A stretch of DNA of 62,772 nucleotides, filler included, from Candidatus Tectimicrobiota bacterium (lineage in GTDB: Bacteria; JACPSX01), in the NCBI GenBank assembly GCA_016193065.1. It is 9 parts of 9 records of this genome, joined end to end, with 100 filler letters (N's around TTAATTAATTAA, not from the genome) between each part and the next. Parts side by side here need not be neighbours in the genome. Positions count along the whole stretch, not along the records: positions 59,060 to 62,772 come from JACPSX010000279.1; 8 more parts are not named here. One strand, given 5' to 3'. A program made the position numbers and the translations under genes. Each line of letters begins with the position of its first letter. Position 1 is the first letter of the stretch. The notes under the pieces are model-generated. The model did no database searches. It worked only from the letters and a program-made list of their open reading frames with translations, and was not told the origin of the DNA. Positions 61,747 to 62,772 of this stretch are shown in pieces.

Positions 61747-62076
61747 CTGTTCGTCGCCCAGGTGGTCGGCCGCTCAATGGAGCCGAGGATTCCAGACTGT
61801 GGCTGGTGCCTCTTCCGGAGTCCGGTCGAGGGCACCCGCCAGGGGCGCGTTGTCCTGGTCCAACACCGCGACATCGACGACCCGGAAACAGGCGGCAGCT
61901 ACACGGTCAAGCGCTACGAGAGCCAGAAAGAAAGTGACCGTACCGGAAGTTGGCGGCACACCGAGATTCGGCTCTTCCCGGAAAACCCGGACTTCGCTCC
62001 GATCATTCTGAGGGACATCCGCGACGACGAGTTCCACGTCATCGCGGAGATGGTCGAGGTGCTTGCGACCCCATGA
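61747..62076 (+). pseudogene. C-terminal S24/LexA-like peptidase domain of a decapitated gene
   Basis: LFVAQVVGRSMEP (Ser), YTVKRY (Lys) and PENPDFAPI; begins abruptly at the element end. Confidence 0.7.
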
Positions 62077-62675
62077 CGGCTTCCACGCAACGGCGCAGAC
62101 GAATGTCAGAAGGACGCCAGCCCAAGAGCTTCGTGGCAGTCCTTGTCAGCGGAGGCATCGACTCTGCCGCACTGTTGGCATTCTACTTACGCCAGCGGTT
62201 CAACGTCCGAGCGCTGTTCGTGGATTTCGGTCAGCCCGCCGCCAAGCAGGAGTCACACGCTGCGAGGGCGGTCTGCAAGCATTACGGCGTCCGCCTCTCG
62301 ATCATGACCGTGAAGGCTGGGGCGGCTTTCTCGGCTGGCGAGATCCCTGGCCGCAACGCATTCCTCGTGTTCGCGACAGTTCTGGTGTGTGGCGCACAAC
62401 CTGGGATGATTGCGATAGGCATCCATGAAGGACCTCCCTACTACGACTGCAGCGAGGGCTTCCTCAAGAGCATCCAGACGGTTGTTGACGGCTATGCGGC
62501 AGGCAGAATCAAGGTCGCCGCTCCGTTCCTCAAGTGGGGTAAGCAGACCATCTGGGAGTTCTGCAAGAAGGTCGGAGTACCTGTCGACTCGACATACAGC
62601 TGCGAGAAGGGCGGCGTCCGGCCGTGCGGCAGATGCCTCTCCTGCAAGGATCGGGAGGCCCTCAGTGCTCTGTAG
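62073..62675 (+). CDS. Short QueC-like (7-cyano-7-deazaguanine synthase family) ATP pyrophosphatase
   Basis: SGGIDS PP-loop; FVDFGQ, PGRN and YYDC; SC..CGRCLSC Zn site; ATGA overlap with the upstream stop. Confidence 0.85.
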   Translation: MTASTQRRRRMSEGRQPKSFVAVLVSGGIDSAALLAFYLRQRFNVRALFVDFGQPAAKQESHAARAVCKHYGVRLSIMTVKAGAAFSAGEIPGRNAFLVFATVLVCGAQPGMIAIGIHEGPPYYDCSEGFLKSIQTVVDGYAAGRIKVAAPFLKWGKQTIWEFCKKVGVPVDSTYSCEKGGVRPCGRCLSCKDREALSAL

Positions 62676-62772
62676 AACGTCCAAGCTGATTCACCCGGCC
62701 TCCGGTGCTTCGTTAGAGACACCGTTACTCGTCCCCTCGTTTTCCAGCAAGGCATTCGGATTTGGCCGCGAC
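62665..62772 (+). CDS. Possible TGT/DpdA-like protein, N-terminus (runs off the window; not in ORF track)
   Basis: GGGAGG RBS then GTG; MLCRTSKLIHPASGASLETPLLVPSFSSKAF resembles the TGT R..L...G..ETP...P start. Confidence 0.5.
   Translation, partial: MLCRTSKLIHPASGASLETPLLVPSFSSKAFGFGRD

Noticed and set aside
62073-62675. Calling the gene housekeeping queC
   Set aside because: It is shorter, has divergent motifs and sits in an accessory context, so the symbol is withheld

Overview
This is a pseudo-scaffold of nine contigs from a high-GC bacterium, probably a MAG. The contigs are joined by artificial 100-nt N spacers containing TTAATTAATTAA, so synteny holds only within a contig. Housekeeping content: tuf-rpmG-tRNA-Trp-secE-nusG-rplKAJL-rpoBC, plsX-fabDG-acpP-fabF-rnc, mutS2, PBP1A, glgB, type IV pilus/secretin genes and a partly decayed rml/polysaccharide locus. 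Catabolic content: three UbiD-family genes including a ppcA/ppcC-like pair, a ThDP enzyme and hydantoinase B. Main observations: (1) Two unlinked ArsM-like methyltransferases are each split in the ORF track by an in-frame TGA. The TGA sits exactly at the conserved C-[IV]-A-G-A cysteine and is followed by a SECIS-like hairpin, so both are predicted selenoproteins that have lost the other ArsM cysteines. One is in an ECF sigma/ZAS anti-sigma operon with a GGAAT-N18-GTC promoter. The other reads through into an ArsS-like radical SAM domain and lies downstream of a two-component system, a TIGR04282-like transferase and a secreted repeat protein. (2) Four toxin-antitoxin cassettes form an array punctuated by decayed copies of one receiver-domain gene, heptamer tandem repeats and REP-like hairpins. 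(3) A short QueC-like gene is coupled to a TGT-like gene in an accessory contig. (4) A DtxR/two-domain multicopper oxidase/ZIP module has twin palindromic operators. (5) RpoB carries an insert resembling the RpoC zinc ribbon, and MITE-like inserts sit inside the ribosomal/RNAP operon. All family calls come from motif recognition; no database searches were run.
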